Assembly: GCA_039588275.1 (NCBI GenBank)
Contig: JBDHAC010000023.1
Coordinates: 1 to 54,360 of the forward strand
Reading direction: 5' to 3'
Source: Gemmatimonadota bacterium
GTDB lineage: Bacteria > Gemmatimonadota > Gemmatimonadetes > Palauibacterales > Palauibacteraceae
DNA: 54,360 nt
The notes under the pieces were generated by a model, which saw nothing but the letters and a program-made list of their open reading frames with translations, was not told the DNA's origin and did not search any database. Positions 53,723 through 54,360 of the stretch are shown piece by piece; position 1 is the stretch's first letter, and the number at the start of each line of letters is the position of its first letter. The translations under genes and the position numbers were made by a program.

Positions 53723-54360
53723 TCAGGTGGGGGCCTCCATGTCGAGGAGTACCTTCAGCATCCCGGGCTCGCGGGCGCGCTCGAGCGCCGATCCCGCCTC
53801 GCGAAGGGGGTAGCGAGCCTGGATCATCGGCTCCACCGTGACGCTCTCGTCCGCCAGTAGACGGAGCGCGGGCTCGAACGGTCCACATCGCGAGCCCACG
53901 ATCGTGAGCTCGTCCACGACTACCGCTGATGCGTCCAGGCTCAGCTCGCCGGCGTAGGTGCTCTTGAGTACCAGCGTTCCTCGGGGCCGCAGAGCACGTC
54001 TCGCCGTCTCGAATCCACCGGGCTGGCCGGTGCACTCGACGACCAGGTCCCATGCGTGCTCGGAGATGTGGGCTTCCGGCAGCGTATGGATGCCAGATTG
54101 CTCGAGGAGCGACAGCTTCCACGGGTGTCGGCCGACCACCGCCAGTTCGCACTCCTCGAGTGCCAGGACCTGGGCCACGAGCTGTCCCAGCTTCCCATCC
54201 CCGACCACCAACACCCGATCCGACCCGCCGACCTGAACCTGCTCGAGGATCTCGAGCGCGGCGGCCAGCGGCTCCGTAAACGTGGCTGCCTCCGTGGTGA
54301 CCTCCGCCGGGACCACGTGGAGGTTGTCGGCGGGCAGAGTGAGGAACTCGGCGAAGGCCC
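53723..54360 (-). CDS. Zinc-dependent MDR dehydrogenase (threonine-dehydrogenase-like); partial, 5' end outside the window
   Basis: The frame continues to the window edge (AFAEFLTLPADNLH); FTEPLAAA, GDGKLG and GSRCGPF. Confidence 0.88.
   Translation of the reverse strand, partial: AFAEFLTLPADNLHVVPAEVTTEAATFTEPLAAALEILEQVQVGGSDRVLVVGDGKLGQLVAQVLALEECELAVVGRHPWKLSLLEQSGIHTLPEAHISEHAWDLVVECTGQPGGFETARRALRPRGTLVLKSTYAGELSLDASAVVVDELTIVGSRCGPFEPALRLLADESVTVEPMIQARYPLREAGSALERAREPGMLKVLLDMEAPT

Overview
High-GC bacterial window, probably Gemmatimonadota or a related lineage (inferred from gene style, not provable here). It is dominated by a ~37 kb type VI secretion system (T6SS) locus at about 1.4-38.5 kb. 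The left arm (minus strand) runs tssK, an inverted Pro-rich gene, a second tssK, tssL, tssM, a PrcB_C-like lipoprotein, two FHA genes, a Ser/Thr kinase, a duplicated Cys-motif exported protein, a PP2C phosphatase and a third FHA gene. The right arm (plus strand) runs a TssB-TssC hybrid gene, tssB, tssC, hcp, tagJ, tssA, tssE, tssF, tssG, clpV and vgrG. It continues with DUF6484, DUF2169, a PRK06147-like gene, a PAAR-like DUF4150/Tox-GHH2-like effector, a putative immunity gene and TIGR02270, the same order as the Pseudomonas aeruginosa vgrG1b-tse7 cluster. Non-canonical features are: no recognisable tssJ, two tssK paralogues, a sheath hybrid lacking the TssC C-terminal domain, and a TssA with a collapsed C-terminal domain. 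There is also a membrane-anchored protein with only a kinase N-lobe and repeated GEFTxxF motifs; similar T-x-x-F motifs occur in TssM and two FHA proteins, suggesting a phosphothreonine/FHA control network. Downstream are a signal-less L,D-transpeptidase, a second kinase paired with a CsgG-like protein, a CheD-like protein with Cys replaced by Thr, envelope proteins and ordinary metabolic genes. No rRNA, tRNA, CRISPR array or mobile element was seen. All family assignments are by eye from motifs and need HMM or structure confirmation.
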